A DNA stretch of 60,000 nt from Lytechinus pictus. Its lineage: Eukaryota. This document shows, in pieces, positions 12,001 to 27,000 of this stretch (positions are counted from its first letter, which is position 1; the number at the start of each line of letters is the position of its first letter). The stretch lies in the NCBI RefSeq assembly GCF_037042905.1, contig NC_087252.1, positions 21,826,001 through 21,886,000 of the forward strand. Direction: 5' to 3'. Both the position numbers and the translations under genes were made by a program. The notes under the pieces were generated by a model that was given only the letters and a program-made list of their open reading frames with translations, was not told where the DNA came from and made no database searches.

Positions 12001-15000
12001 GTTGAGCCACCAAATGGGATATCATCATGCAAATAGTAATAGCACCCAAACTGAATTGTTTTATGTTGGAAATATATTAGGAATAGCATTCGTAATTCAA
12101 CCACTGCGTGGTATCTGAAGGAAGGCCTGTTAATGATACATTTCTTTATAATCTTTTGATGATATGAATAAGAAAGACTTCCTGTAAAGCTTTTTGTACT
12201 TTCCGTCCTAGTCCAATGAAAAATATCACAATGTATGCATTTTGTACCTCGTGTGCTCATTCTTACAACAAATCGTGCAAGAGTTGAAAGAGAATTTCTC
12301 CTCTCTACTTCAATATTTTCCACTTCGTTGCTTATCGTCTGCCATAAATTGCATTAAGAACCAATATATTTTTTTCATCACCACTTTTTTCTAGCCTTTC
12401 AGAATCAAATAAAAAAAAAAGGGCTGAATACAATCTTTAAAGAAAGTGGGTGGGAAATGAAATACAGCTACATGTAGGAGCAAGAAATGGGGAATTTCTG
12501 AGAACTATTATTCTGTCATTATTCACCCAAGACTGCACATTTATGGCTGCTGTGCGAACGTAAGTTGATTAAAAGAATTTGTGGGTACAAATGGCATGTT
12601 TTCCTTTGCTAGTGTGGTCTTGACGGGAAAATAAAAAAGCAGTCTGTAATATACCTTACTAATGAGATGACTGCCACGTACTTTACTCTAACCCTTTCAG
12701 TGCCATCACATTACAAAAACATGTACATGTATGTAGTGGTGTGAATTTTGCGCTAGTGGGTGGAAGAGTTAAAGCTTTCATTAGCAGAATGGAACGTAGA
12801 GAGTGATTCAGTAAAAGTCAAATTATTTTTAAAAAGCTTTAGTCAAATAAAAACCTTGAAGTTAATATCATCTCCCTTTGAATTGATATTCTTATACAAA
12901 ATATTAAACTGCAATGCTCTGCTGAAAGTGCATATCACACATAAGTCTGCGGCCCACTTTTTAAGAGCAAGTTGTCAATGGCGTTGGCTAAGAAACTAGG
13001 GTGACTTGACTGCTCGTTGCTTGAATACTGCACAAAAAGTGGAGATCCGATGACCTGACTAATATTTCTTTAAAGTGCTTAGAGGTGTGATAAACACTTT
13101 ATAAAAGCAGATTGTTATGGTAATAATATTAATAATAATATTATTATTATTACCATTATTACTTTTATCATTATTACTATTATCGTTATTATTATTATTA
13201 TCATTATTACTATTATTATTATTATCATTATTATTGATAGTACTATTGTTTATTAATATTGTGATTAGTATCATTATTGTTTTTATTCTTATTATTGGGT
13301 CTCTTGCGCTTTTAAATAGGCGGCATTATACTACACAGCGAACAATCACTTTTACTGTTCATATGGCAAGTGTTAATTCACTTCACTATGGCACCTTGCA
13401 CTGATTCTCAGAATGTCATCATTTCGGGATGGTTCATGATGTCGGTGCAAGAACGCTGTTAAAACAACACCATCGCGTATCGCACATGAGCAAAAATGCT
13501 CGTAGCAGCATGCGTAAGCACATTGTGTAAGGGCGTTTCTGCACCGATGGGGTGCATGAAAATGGTGTGCTAAGGGCATTCTTGCACTGAAACGACAAGC
13601 CTTGGCCTTGTTGAAAGGGGTTATTCTTCAAGTTTCAAGACTTATTAAGCCCTTTACTCCATTCCTGAATTTTTTATCTTCTTTCAGAGTATCGATGGAT
13701 GGATCGGGAACCCTCAAGTTCTCTTCCTTGACTCCAGACGATGCAGGGCATTACACCTGCAGCGCCGCTAACAGCGTCGGAGCAACAAGATGGTCGGCAA
13801 CACTCCAAGTCATAAGTAAGTCAATATTTTATTCTAAAAATCTCATTCAAAATTTTCTGTTTTGCTCCATATAATCATGCTAGTTGCATCATTTGAATAA
13901 TAGAGCAATTACTATACTAATTGTGTCTATTTTTACTTTTATAATTTTGCGTCTCAATTGTGACATATTATTTTATTTTTTAAACAAGTGCACACTTAGT
14001 TACCAAGAATACATAGCATTTCCATTTATTTTGATATAGGATAATAGAGTGTAGTGGATTTAACTGCCTTGCTCACGGGCACAGGTGCTGCAGCAGGGGA
14101 TCGAAATCCAGACTTTCTAACACAAGAATAATTGCAAAATTGAGTGTATTTTACCAAACGTATGATTTTCTGACGAGGATCACGGGATCATTTCCAGTAC
14201 TTGTGCTTGAATGAAGCGTACCAGCGTCATAAAATTTGAACAAAATATTTCTAACAATATACACAATGCAGTTGAACATATATATTTTTATTGTTACCAG
14301 TTTGGAGAACATGATCAGTAACCTTAAAGATATATACCAGTTGTGGTAATGATCCCAAAATGAGTTTGAACAGAATCCAATAAAATGACCATTCAGGTGT
14401 TTGTATAAATTAAAAATATGTGCCAAATGACTCTGGAAGAAAATGTGTAATTACCGAGAAATAAGCATGGAATTCCATCAAATTTCAGGTATTTTTCATT
14501 GGTTTTCAGCAAAGATTTTGTTATTTTACAAAGATAAGTTTACATTTATGTTCTAGATCCATGATAATATAGTGACAATTAACCCTGATTTAATAGATTT
14601 TCTCGTGAAATAATTGTTTGCTGCAACTACTTTATTTTACCTTAAAACAAACAGGGCAACTTACCTAGCCTCAACTTGTACAGTAAATTATTTTTAGTCA
14701 TCTTAAGTAGATGTGAATACCTAGATATAATTGATCTTCTGTTGTACATTTTCTTTCTCTCAAAAAACTAAATTATGAGTATAATCACTTTGCAAATGGA
14801 TATACTGAAAATGATAGATATGAAATAAAACATCTCCGAATACTCCAAAGTATCAATATCCAACACCCAGTTGGCCTATACATTAATAGAAAATTGATAC
14901 TTTTGTTTCTAGAAGCAAATGAATCCGTAGAGCAATTATGGCATATGTACTGTTAAATCAGAATGAGCGAAGCATGATATACCGAAATATAAACCTAGCA

Positions 15001-18000
15001 TGTTATTACAGCTAAAAGAATTACCTTTATATCAGTTATTTCAGTTTATAATACTAAGAATAATTATCTTACATATTTTACAGGGAGAGCTTTTGCAGAA
15101 ACGGAGCAGACGCACGAAGCTCCGAGTGTAACACAACTACCTCAAGCCCCAGGGTTTCCTATTATTGATAACATCACCAGGACAACCATGAGGCTTACCT
15201 GGCCTAGCGCCAGACCTCTCACAGACAGGCCAGTGTCACTGACTGGTTACAGAGTGGAGTATTTTACTCCAGATAGAATAACAGGTGAGTGGAACTGGAA
15301 TCAGCCGCTAGTAGGAAGAAAAGGGGCACTTTTATTAAATAATATTGGCACATTTCTGGCAAACAGGCACTTTTTATCAAAAAAAGGAACGCTTTCCTAT
15401 ATAAAGGAGGCATTTATCCTATATGTAATGGATATGTTTCTTATTGTGGGGCGTCTTGGTCTAGTGGTTACAACACTCGTCTTTCAATCAGAGGGACGTG
15501 GGTTCGAACCCCAGCCATGGCGTGTTTTCCTTCAGCAAGAAATGTACCCACATTGTGCTGCACTCGACCCAGGTGAGGTGAATGGGTACCGGTAGGATTT
15601 ATTCCTCGAACGCTTTAGCGCCTATGTGGCGGCTCAGCTACAGCCGGGATAATAATTATGATACCAAGTATCAAGCGCAGCAGAGTATATGCAATTATAG
15701 TAGCTGCGCTATATAAATGGACCATATTATGTAAAAGGAGCCCTTATTTCAAAGTTTCTTTTGTGAATTACCTAAATTGCGTTAGTACATGGGCACAATT
15801 CCTTTGGAAGGGGAGGCTCATTCTTCATGGAAAAAAAATCTTAAAAAATATATGTAGAATTATTATATCCCAATGCCTTAAGTGATATGCAGTTGATGGG
15901 AATGGTTACTAATTATTAGTTGAAGAATTAGACATTGATTTCGGTTGATTTTTCATACTGTCATTATTTCACTTTGTAAAAGTATGAGATTGAGTACAAA
16001 ATTCAGGAACGTTGCCAGTTTTGGGGGCAAAAAAGATACATTTTTATCCTAGGAAAGCATCAGTGTCAATTTTATGAATTACTTATACCTCAACCCTTAT
16101 TGATTCCCAGGGTGGACCGTCGCTGCTGAAAAGATCCAAGGAAATTCCTTCGAGGTGCGGAACTTGGAATCCGGCTTCACCTACGTCTTCATGGTGCGGG
16201 GGATCAACGGGCAGGGGTACGGCCCTCCCAGCCCGGTCAGTATCGCAGCGAACACCCTGACCGGGACTCATCGTGAGCTACCGGGCCCTAATGTAGAACC
16301 AGGGGTCACCACACCAGCTAATGAAGGTGAGAGACGATCAACTATCCAGCATGTTGTTTTTTGTACGATTCAATTGATTTACTGGATATTATATGTTGTG
16401 GGAATGATATTGCTAGCACTCAGAAACATCCGTTTGAAGTGCGCTATAAAGGTTGCATATTATTGTTATTTGTTATTGTAATTATTATTATTTTATTATT
16501 ATCATTATTACAATCTAAAATATATCAGAACAAAATTCAAACCATGATAATAAACGATATATGTTCATATAATAATATAAAAAGTTATTAAAGTTATATT
16601 GCTAGGGGCATCTGTAAAAAAGTATAGATCTTTTGAACTGAATTCCTTTAAAACATTTCACAGATAACAATGAAGCAATCAATAACTTGCATTAACATCC
16701 AACATAATGTATACCCTCATTGCTCTTTACATGTATGTCAAAATTTGCTCTTAAATTTCACTGTGAGGGTAAAATCTCTTTTGTAAGTAGCAGTGGTCAA
16801 ATACGAGTTGGTGCGATTTCCAGAGCATCTAACACAACCAATTCTCACCCTGAATTTTCTTTTCTTGTCTTTGTGCCACAGGAGCTGAAAGCAGGGATAT
16901 CCTCCAAGACAAGTTGGATAACTGCGGGGTGTTCATCAAGAGAGTTCAGGTTCTAGGAACTCAAGCGATCAACGTTACTTGGCAGGTAAAACATCTTTGA
17001 CATAATACCCGTCACTCCTGAAGGTTTAACCAGGGAAGAAGGAATAAATGTACATGTAGAGGCCCCGCGGTGCACTGTAATATATTTCCTGGGTACTCTT
17101 CAGAAGACGGCAAAATCAGACTTACCAAAGGTTTTGTTTCATCTATCCATGAACACATTTGCTTTAATGGAAATCAAACTCACACCTAATGATTGATTTA
17201 TTCTCTTGCAGATTGTTCGTAACGGTGATTACATCGACGGCTACTACCTCAAAGTGACCCCCCAGGTCAAGACTCCGGGTATCTTCGAGATGAACAGGGT
17301 GGTCAACGATAAGACGGCAGTCCAGGGTGGCCTCCAGCCGTGGACGGAGTACGCCATCACGATCCAGCCGTACCACGGGGCATGGCATCGGGGCAGGGAA
17401 AGCAGGAAGGTTGTTATAAAGACAGCGCAAGATGGTGAGCTGGGGAACATATGTGATGTAATTTGTAATTCACAAAGCCTGAAAATGGTATTAGAAGGTG
17501 ACAGTGGACTAATCTGTCAAGTTTAAATCATTTTTTTTTTAAATTCCATTTCATATTCCAAATTCATTAAACAGTTTGCAACTTATTACTAACAAAAGAC
17601 AACGCAGTGAGTACAGGTCAAAGAGAGTACTCTCGGCCCAAAGTTTTTAGCAGAGAAGAAAGTGAGAAACATTGTTTCTTCCCTTGTCCAGTTCGGACAT
17701 CTCCTATGAATCTTTTGGTTAAATTATGAAACTATAGAGTGCCCAGCGGTCATTTGACATTCAAAAGGTAGGATACAGTCATACCAATCGACCCAACTTC
17801 AAATGACTGTCATTGGTAATAACATAATAGATTTTGTCTGGCTCGAGGAGGTTTTACTGATGTTACTCTTACATGGCTCTTCATGAAATTGACAAATTCG
17901 TAGATTTTAGAGAATGTTGCACTTGTCATTGCACATTTCAAAATATGAAATTGGAAAACTCATGCTAACCCATGCATAATCTTGTCTTTCTGTAGTTCCG

Positions 18001-21000
18001 AAAGCACCACCCAACTCAATCAAAGCCCGTCAGAACGGTTCCACCTCCATCAAAGTCAGCTGGCGCCCTCCGGCAGCCAATCAGGTGCCAGGGATCATCG
18101 CTGGCTACCACGTCTTCTGCCTCAGTGAAAACCCCCCTCACCACCCGAACATCACCACCAGGAATAACAGGACGCTGGAGGTCGCGGTCCCTAACCTCCG
18201 ACCCGGCGCACAGTACGGGGTCAAGGTGGCGGCGTATACGATCGCGGGGATGGGACCGTTCAGCGATATCGTCTATGTCACCCTTCCTCCAGGTAAAATG
18301 TTATTAATTTTTCTGTAATCTCTTCAACATATGATGTAATGACAACCCTACATCAGACCTGCCAACCAGTACGTTTTTGGCATATTTAGTATGTCTTTGC
18401 AACCAAAATATGGCAGTACTTTTTTCTTTTAAAAATACGTTTTTGTATAAAAAAAAATATAATAATATTTTTTTTTCTTATCGTAATTTATTGAGAAAAA
18501 TCATCTCTATATGTCTCTATTTCATAAAACTTACACAAATATGGTTATTAGATCAATGTAATTTCAGGTAACTTGGTTTTTTTTCAATTATTTTGTTAAA
18601 ACCAGGGTGAGATATACACATGTTTAAATGTTTTTTTTTTCATTTGCAAGAGCAGTGCGCATTTTAGCTTGCATGCAGCTTGAGCGCCGCAATGAGTGAA
18701 TGCGCCACGCATTTTATTATGAAATACACTCTTTTGGGGAAAAATACACTTTTTTTATCATAGAATACAATTTTTAATTCCCAGAGGTTGGCAGGTCTGC
18801 TACATGGGCATTTGGTATGTGAATGGACTTCATTTCCATTTAGAAGCGGCTAATCATTGAAAAATTGTATTCAGTAGTTCATGAGGAATCACTTGATGAA
18901 TTTTGAGATTACCTCTAGACACATTGAAACAGAATATGAAAGGATCTGTATTGTTATTTTTACAGTTTTACTATATTGCTTTTTGAACAATAAAGTGATG
19001 CAAAGCAACTACTAAAGGCGGCTTTAATAACATATCATGAGCGTGCTCTCTATCACGAATTATGTCTGGCACCATCATGTCACACTTCGCCATCAACTTC
19101 ATCATCATCGTCGTCGTTACCATCAATACCATTTTTATCACAACTACATGTACCACAATCACCTTCACCATCACCACTACCAACAACAACAACTTCATGA
19201 TCAACACCACCGCTATCATCATCACCATCATCACCATTACCATCACCACCTCCTCCATCACCACCACCATCATTCTCATCATCTTCATCCTATTATTCCA
19301 GGTCCAGATGACCCAGAGAAGCGAGGTGGTAACGGGGATCGAGACTCTGTCGGTGGAGGAATGGACATCCTCTCGGAGCCGTGGTTCTATGCAGCTGTAG
19401 CCCTCGCCCTCCTCTTTGTCATCACATCGATATTCCTCCTCTTCTGGCGGCGGCACAAGAAGAAGCCTTGCTCGCCCGTTGGAAATGGTAGGTCATTTTT
19501 AGCCTTGGCGGTCGCGGTCAATTTTCATAGTACTTAACTTGTTATAGAAATCTTTTTTTCATTACAGGGTTCACAGCCCATCAGGGAAATTATTTTACTT
19601 TTTTCCAGTCAGGGAAAAATCAGGGAAATTTGATCGGCAAAAAGTCGAAAGCACGCTAGTCAGTCTGACTATGGTATCTTTTGTTACATATCAAAACAAC
19701 ATCCATTGAATGATTGGTTATGGAGTATGGTTGTATGGGGAGAAGGGAGGCCATTACATGCCTGTGTAATAGTACTAATTAGTTTTGATTTATTGTTTTT
19801 ATATTGAAATTCATGTAATTCACTGCAACAACTTAGAAAACTTGCTAAACTGGGAATGTCTTTGAATAATTATCAGGGAATTTTCAAACTTCATCAGGGA
19901 AAAATCAGGGAATTGTGTTTTCTTTCAATGAAAAAAAGTCTTATGGAATTTATACAAATTACAATTATCTTGTATCATCCAATGTTTGTCATTTAAAAAA
20001 AGAATCCATTAATTTCAATTAAAAGATGCCCAACCCCCATGTACCTCTATCCTTACTTCATTTCACGAACCTCTCATGTGATATTTATAAAGCTTTACAG
20101 CTTTTCATATGAACCCTAAACAAACATTAATCATTTCCAGAAGGTCCCAGATACAAGGGGTCAGACTTCCTATATATACTTTATAGAATTGCCGTGCAGT
20201 TTTGTATTTGATCGATTTCAATTACTTTTAAAGGTTGTGAAAGGTCTTTTATTAATCTAACTTTGTTTTATTTGTTTTTTATCTGCAGTTATAATAAGCA
20301 AGGACAATGTTACAGTGCAAAATATGTAAGTATAAATCTTTTCCTTGTTTGTTAGTCCAGCATGATTGCAATTTTATCCAAGTTAATTTTTTGTGAATGT
20401 ACTATTGCAACATGATTTCATGTTTTGTAAATACTAGTAACAATCAGAACTTATAATTATTCATGAATTCTATTAGAAGAAGTTACATGTATATATTCAG
20501 TTTTTTAGAATTTAATTTTGATTTGTATCATTTTCTTTTGAAGCTCTACCCCCCCCCCTCACTCTCTTGATCTGTCTTAGGCTTTTCACACTGTACTTTT
20601 TTTACCTTAACCCCGGGAAATTGGTGGGGCTAAGGGGGGGGCCTTAGCCCCACCAATTTTCCGAGGTTAATCTTAGCCTACTTCGTTTTCACACTACATT
20701 TTAGCAAAGTGGGCTAGCACGGTAAATAGTACGGTACTATCTTACCCTGCAAAAAAGCAGGGTTAGCCGGCTTATTGCGGTGCTAAGAGATGCAGTGTGA
20801 AATAAAACTGGGCTAAGAAAAAAAAGTGGGGCTAAGCAATAGCCAATCACAGAAGTCGAAATTGCACGTTAATCACGCTCTGTATGGTAAAATCATCAAT
20901 ATTCATGAGCTGTGGGATAGTCCGGTGTTGAGGCGTTAACCCCGGCTAAGCAGATAGTATGGGGTTAAGAAAGACAGTGTGAATCCCAAAAAATATAGTA

Positions 21001-24000
21001 TGGTGTTAAGGATAGTATGGGGTTAAGGAAATGCAATGTGAAAAGCATATCTGTAATTATCTCTCATTAAGTTCTTAGGACTCGGTCAAAGATTAAATCA
21101 TATTAATTAGAAAGTTCTCCCTCTCATTAGTAAGTTTTCATGACTTGTTAAAAGATCATTTCATATATAACTTTGGACATGTTAGAAATATATTGGTTTG
21201 TAATTCCTTTCACTGCCTCTGTCTCTTTTTCTCTCTGCATGTGCGAGTTTAATTGTTATTTTCACTCTGTTTTATAGGAACGCAAGACCCACACAACTGA
21301 ATGGGAATGCTCATACGGAGGGGGAGGCAACATGGACGTCAAATGGTCCCCCACACTCACATAACCATCAAGGTAAACATTATAGTTATGAAATAGTTTA
21401 TCTTATCCAGAAATGTCTGATGTTTGGATGTTTCTGGTTACAAAAAACAACCCAGAATAGTAATGTTAATAGTCAGTGTTAGTAGCATGTAGTAGTTGTG
21501 ATGGAGGTGATAATATCAGTAGTAGAAAAAGAAAATGTCACAGTGGAATTAGTTTTTGAAGTAGAAATAAGGTAGAAGAAGAAGAAGAAGGAGAAGAAGA
21601 AGAAGAAAAAGAAAGAAGAAGGAAAGAAGAAGGGGAAGAAGAAGAAGAAAGGGAGGAGGAAGGAGAGAATTGATAGGCTGTAAAGTATTAGCAGTCATTT
21701 AAGTATCACTTATGAATCAGATTCCGGTGACTTTTACATTTCTTTTTTCTTCAATGATATTTTTCGACAGGTTGTATGGGTAACTGCTGCACAGGTAACG
21801 GATCCTCAGGAGACGACACATTAGAAAAGAACAAGCCCCCTCCGTCTAAGTGGCCCAACGGTGCCCCACCCGTCTGGCTTCAAGAAGTATATAGTAAGTT
21901 GTAGAAGAATGCAAACAAAGAAGAAAAACAAACATATATATCCACTTTGTGAGCTTAAGATGTCTCCCATACCCCAGCCCATTTTGAAGTAGTTCAGCAT
22001 TTTTAAAGATATCATTTCTGCCCTCATTAAACCTGTACTAGTTTTCTTTGTCAAATTATTTCTGATTTTCATGTATAATATTTTGAATTATGTCTCTATA
22101 AAAACCTGGATATTCACCATCGTCATATTAGTATATTTATGAATGTACATGTAATGGCACAGAGGTCATAGTCCTGCGCACATTTCTAATCATATCTTAG
22201 CATATTTTGCAGTTTTATTCAGAGGTAAATAGATGTTTAATTCATGAAGATATATAAGTTAAAATGTAAACATGATAGATATTTTAATAAATTCTCTTTT
22301 TATCTTTTGTTAGATCCAAAATATCCATCGCATTTACAAAGTCAGGTGAGCAAAGAAACGCATCTCACACATGATAGTCAGAGCAGCTCAGGATTCGGTT
22401 CTTCCTTCCCTACTCTGAGCACATTCCATGGAATGATGATGCATCCGAGGTAAGTTTCCTTCTTCAAATCTTCCATCCTTCATTCCTTCTTTCTATCCTT
22501 CTGTCAATCTCACACGTGGTAGTCGGAGCAGCTCAGGATTTGGTTCTTTCTTCCCTACTCTGAGCACATTCCATGGAATGATGTTGTATCCGATAAGTTT
22601 CCATTTTCAAATCTTCCATCCTTCATTCTTTCTATCTTTCCTTCTATCCTGTCAATCTCACACATGATAATCAGAGCAGCTCAGGATTCGGTTCATCCTT
22701 CCCTACTCTGAGCACGTTCCATGGAATGATGATGCATCCAAGATAAGTTTCCCTCTATCCCTCATTCCTTCTTTCCTAGAATAATAGGTGCATATTTTCC
22801 CAATGCAAATTCAATTCAGGTAGTCCTAGTACAAAGTCTGAGTTCATCCCGTACTTCAGTCATTAACAGGTTAATTTTCCCTTCATGCCATGTTTTACAG
22901 TTCACCTGAGTATGCCGTGGTTGAAAACGAAGCCGAGATGGATGAGGAGTTGAGCGTCCACGCCGGCAGCACCCTTCCCATCATCCCCAGCCCCGGTTCC
23001 GGCCGCCCTCCGCCCCAGTACAACCACCATCTCCACTTCCCGCACCACCAGATCTCAGACGACCCCGAACCCTACGCCTCGGCGACCCTCGTCCAGCCTC
23101 CTAACATGCGGGAGTACCCCGCCCGACGACAAAACTGCAGTGATAATAGTTCGGAGTGGTCCGGCTCGTGGCAGTCGTCAAACAGGGATGGGCGTCGCCC
23201 TGGTAGGATGGTGAAGCCCGGTGGACACGGTGGTAGCGGGCATGGTAGTCCTAGAGGGTGGCACGGCCCTTTTGATGGCCCTCCAGCAGTTCCTGACAGA
23301 GGTAGGACGATCTTAGATGGCAGCATTATTTGGCTAGAAATTTTTTTGACAAACTTTGTGTTTTTAAGATATTTTTTTTCAGAAAAAGAGAGTAAATCTA
23401 TATGCAAAAAAAATCTGTTGTGTTATTCTCTTAGGGTAATTTCTTGTTACTAAAATTTAGATACACGTTTTATGTAAAACTCTGCTAATCATGGAAAAAA
23501 AAAAAGTGAAAAGGAAAGAAGAAAACAGAAAATAATGTACACTTCAGTATACAGCAGCTAAGTTGACTTATTTTTTGAGACCATGGTTCTAATACAGTAA
23601 CAGTGTGGTTAAACTGGAAAATCATACAAAACCCACCTTTGCTTACGATAGATGAGAATACTACAGGAAATAAAGCTGTAACAATCTCATTCTGATAAAA
23701 AGATGTGTTTTATTCGATTTTAGATATGGGTTACTCCGACCAAGGGAGCCAATACTCCAGATGCAGCGCAGCAAACAAACGATGTAGACATCCTCACCCC
23801 ACCACACCCGGTAGACAAACTCAAAGAAACTGGGCGGAGTTCCTTCCGCCTCCCCCCGAGCAGCCCCCAACAGACATGGACTCACCCGGGGGATCGTTGC
23901 CCCCTTCTCATCCAGGGTCCATCAAGTCTTCCTTCTATCGGAGGGGCAGTAGCCCGAATCAGCACGCCCAGGCGTACGTCCAGATCAACCCAGGGGCGTG

Positions 24001-27000
24001 CGAGGATTGCGAGGCAGCGGCGGTGGCGCAACAGCATTATCCTCCGGTACCACCAAGGAACCACCAACAGAGTCCACTCTTGAACCAGCCACTCTCCGGA
24101 AACAACTCTCCGGTACCCATCTACCCGCCGCCGCTTCTACCCCAGCAACCTTGCAGGACGGAGATCCCTGGCCCTGGTTCACATTTCCAGCCCATCAGCT
24201 CTTCGCTCAGTCCTCCCCCCGGCGATAGCCCCAGCCACAAAAGGGGTGTCCATAAACTGATAAAGACCCCACCCCCAGTGCCCAGCACCGGCAGCGGGAA
24301 CATGACACCGGAACTCGGTGGGTGCTCTAAGCAAACTGTCATACCGTTACAATCGGGGCTGGGGAGCCCGGGAAGGGGGCCGCAGCACATGCAGCAACAG
24401 TCAATAGCACCGCAAAGAGTGTTTGAGGACCCAAGGCATGCCCAGATTGGGCAAGAATTGCTCAAATATATGACCAGGAATGAACTGGAAGCAATGTCGG
24501 ATGATACTCCTTATGCACCTATGGAAATGACCCTTAAAAATACAGAAGGTACAAATGCGACTGTTTCTTCCCACTCATTTAATCTCATACTTTAAACAGC
24601 ATGTTCTGTTACATATACTTGTTTCCACTTCATATACACTTTCTACATTTGATCTGATGTTTTTTAGTTTAGTTAGTGCATATATTCCATTAGCTATACA
24701 GTGCGTCCCACGAAAAAAGAAACCCGTTTTCAGAGATAGATTTCACAATTATTAAATATGTTCTTACTATAAATTGATACTCATGGCAAGAGTGGAATGT
24801 CATCTCAAATTTGAAATCAACAGCTGAGCAAACTGTTCATGCATGGCAGATTACAAACAATAAATATTGAGACATAACAGAAACGATTTTCGCAGAAACT
24901 TGTGTGTGAATCTGAATCCTTTCTCATTACAGGGATCAGTGAGAGAACCTTAACAAAGAATACAAAACAATGCTAATGAGCCAATCGTCGAATAAGCACT
25001 CGAACCAATCTTTATCTGTGCAACCTGGTCTTGACATTAGAATTTCAAATTTGTCTTGCTCATTGATGCGTGAAGTGTTTGTCTCATGTTAGGTATCAGA
25101 ATAAAGAGGAGTAATTGAATTACATGATTATGTAAATGAAATATAATTTATTTGCCTTTGAAGAAAAAAGACATGGGAATCCCGGTTTTCTTTTTTCTGG
25201 GACGCACTTTATAATAGAGATTTCTAGTTTGTTCTGTTCAGAAGAGAACTCTTGCAATTGATGTCACAATATAATCAGCAAACCCTAGATTGTAAATGCT
25301 TAGTTTGAAATGGCTAAATTACATACAGTAGAGAATGAGGTTCTCTAGTTTATGATCAAAGGGTATTAGAAAATCTATGCCATTATGATTTTCTGTTGTG
25401 GGCTCCATTTCATAAAAAGTTATGATAGCAACTTTTGCTGGAATGTCAATTGCCATGACAACAGTGAAAACTCTGCTTCCTGATTGGCTCTTCGAATAAG
25501 AGATGCTAATCATACCAACTCTTTTATGAAATGGGGGCCCTTCTGTCTGCATGCAATATAATCAATTCTCCTCTCTTACCTGTTCCACCCCTTGCCTCCC
25601 CTCCCCCTTCTGCCACGCCCCTCTCGCTTCCCTCTTCCAACCCTGCTGTCCCTCTTACAGGGTCAAACTCCGCCGTCCACCCCTCCTTAGGCGAGATAGA
25701 GACCACCGAACTGAACAGTTTGGATAGTAAGGATAGGGACATGGAAACAGCGAGTAACTGCACAGGTGAGTATGCATACCAGTGAGGTCACGCCCATGCA
25801 CCCAAATCTTCCACTGGTATTGGGGTTATTACCCCTACCAATTCCTACACTCCCTATCTTTCGTATAGGCATGTGATATATTAGCACTTGAATGGTAGAT
25901 TCGAGTGTCACCCTCTTACCCCCTCTCTTCATAGATAGTGGATTTATTACCCCCTTTCCTGTGCTGGGGTGCCTACCTATTTATATTCCATTACTCCTTA
26001 TCCATGATTTAGTAGTATCATATTGGCATGATCTTGTTTTGTACCCCATCGCAGAATCTTTAATATAATACTCTGCTTTATTTTAGGAGCTTTCCTTCTC
26101 TTTAAAATATATTGGCATTTTATTACCTCTTCGCTGTCCTTTGTATACCATTTTAAAATCTTGTTATGCTTTTCCATTTTAGAAAAAAAAAATATTAGCA
26201 ACTACAAAACTTCCAAAGTATTTACCAGTCTTAATGAACTTTATAAAATAATAAGCATCTAAATTTTATTTCTGCCATTATCTGCCCCTGTACTCTGGAA
26301 CTCTCTACCATTAAATATAAGAACTGCACCATCCTTCCCCATTTTTTAAATCAATGCTCAAAACTCACTTATTTTCAAAATATTATTTATAATGTTCAAC
26401 ATTATTTTGTTAAATATTGTAAGTTTTTATTTCATTTAGTTTGTAACTTTTATGTATTGATTTAATTTGTTCTAATTTGTATTATGTATTTAAGGCTTAG
26501 ATTTATTGTGTAGTTTAAATAAGGGTTAATGCATAATTTAGTAATAAATATGTTTTGTAAAGCACATAGAGAGTCTATAGAGTCTTTTGACTATTATGTG
26601 CTATATAAATTTCAAATATTAAGTAGCAGTATTGATTCCAGACTTTGAATTTCACACTTCAGAATATTGAATTATTTATACCAACAAATGAGTGGCTGAC
26701 AAGGAAAAACTTATTTTGTATTGCGACTCGCAAAACAATGGGTCACTTTTTTCTTGCAGAGAAGAATGATTAAATCCAAAGTATTTTCTTTCATATACAA
26801 ACAATTATTTGGAGTTGTTGAACCAATAGGTCAATTCACCTCGGTGTTTAATTTTATCATTTTATTTACTCTGTAAACAATTTATTTTGCATTGTAAATA
26901 TCAGAAGACTACCCCTAGTTTGAAACAATTTTATAAAACCACTGAGCAAATTATTTCCCCCAAAAAAGAAGAACAAGCACCCCCAAAAATATTATAAAGT

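Noticed and set aside
15448..15520. tRNA gene
   Set aside because: The tRNA-like head runs into a SINE body shared with the 3082 copy; no complete cloverleaf or terminator.
18971..19300. Poly-His / poly-Met-Val ORFs
   Set aside because: (CAY)n microsatellite in an intron; only 19302-19487 is exonic.
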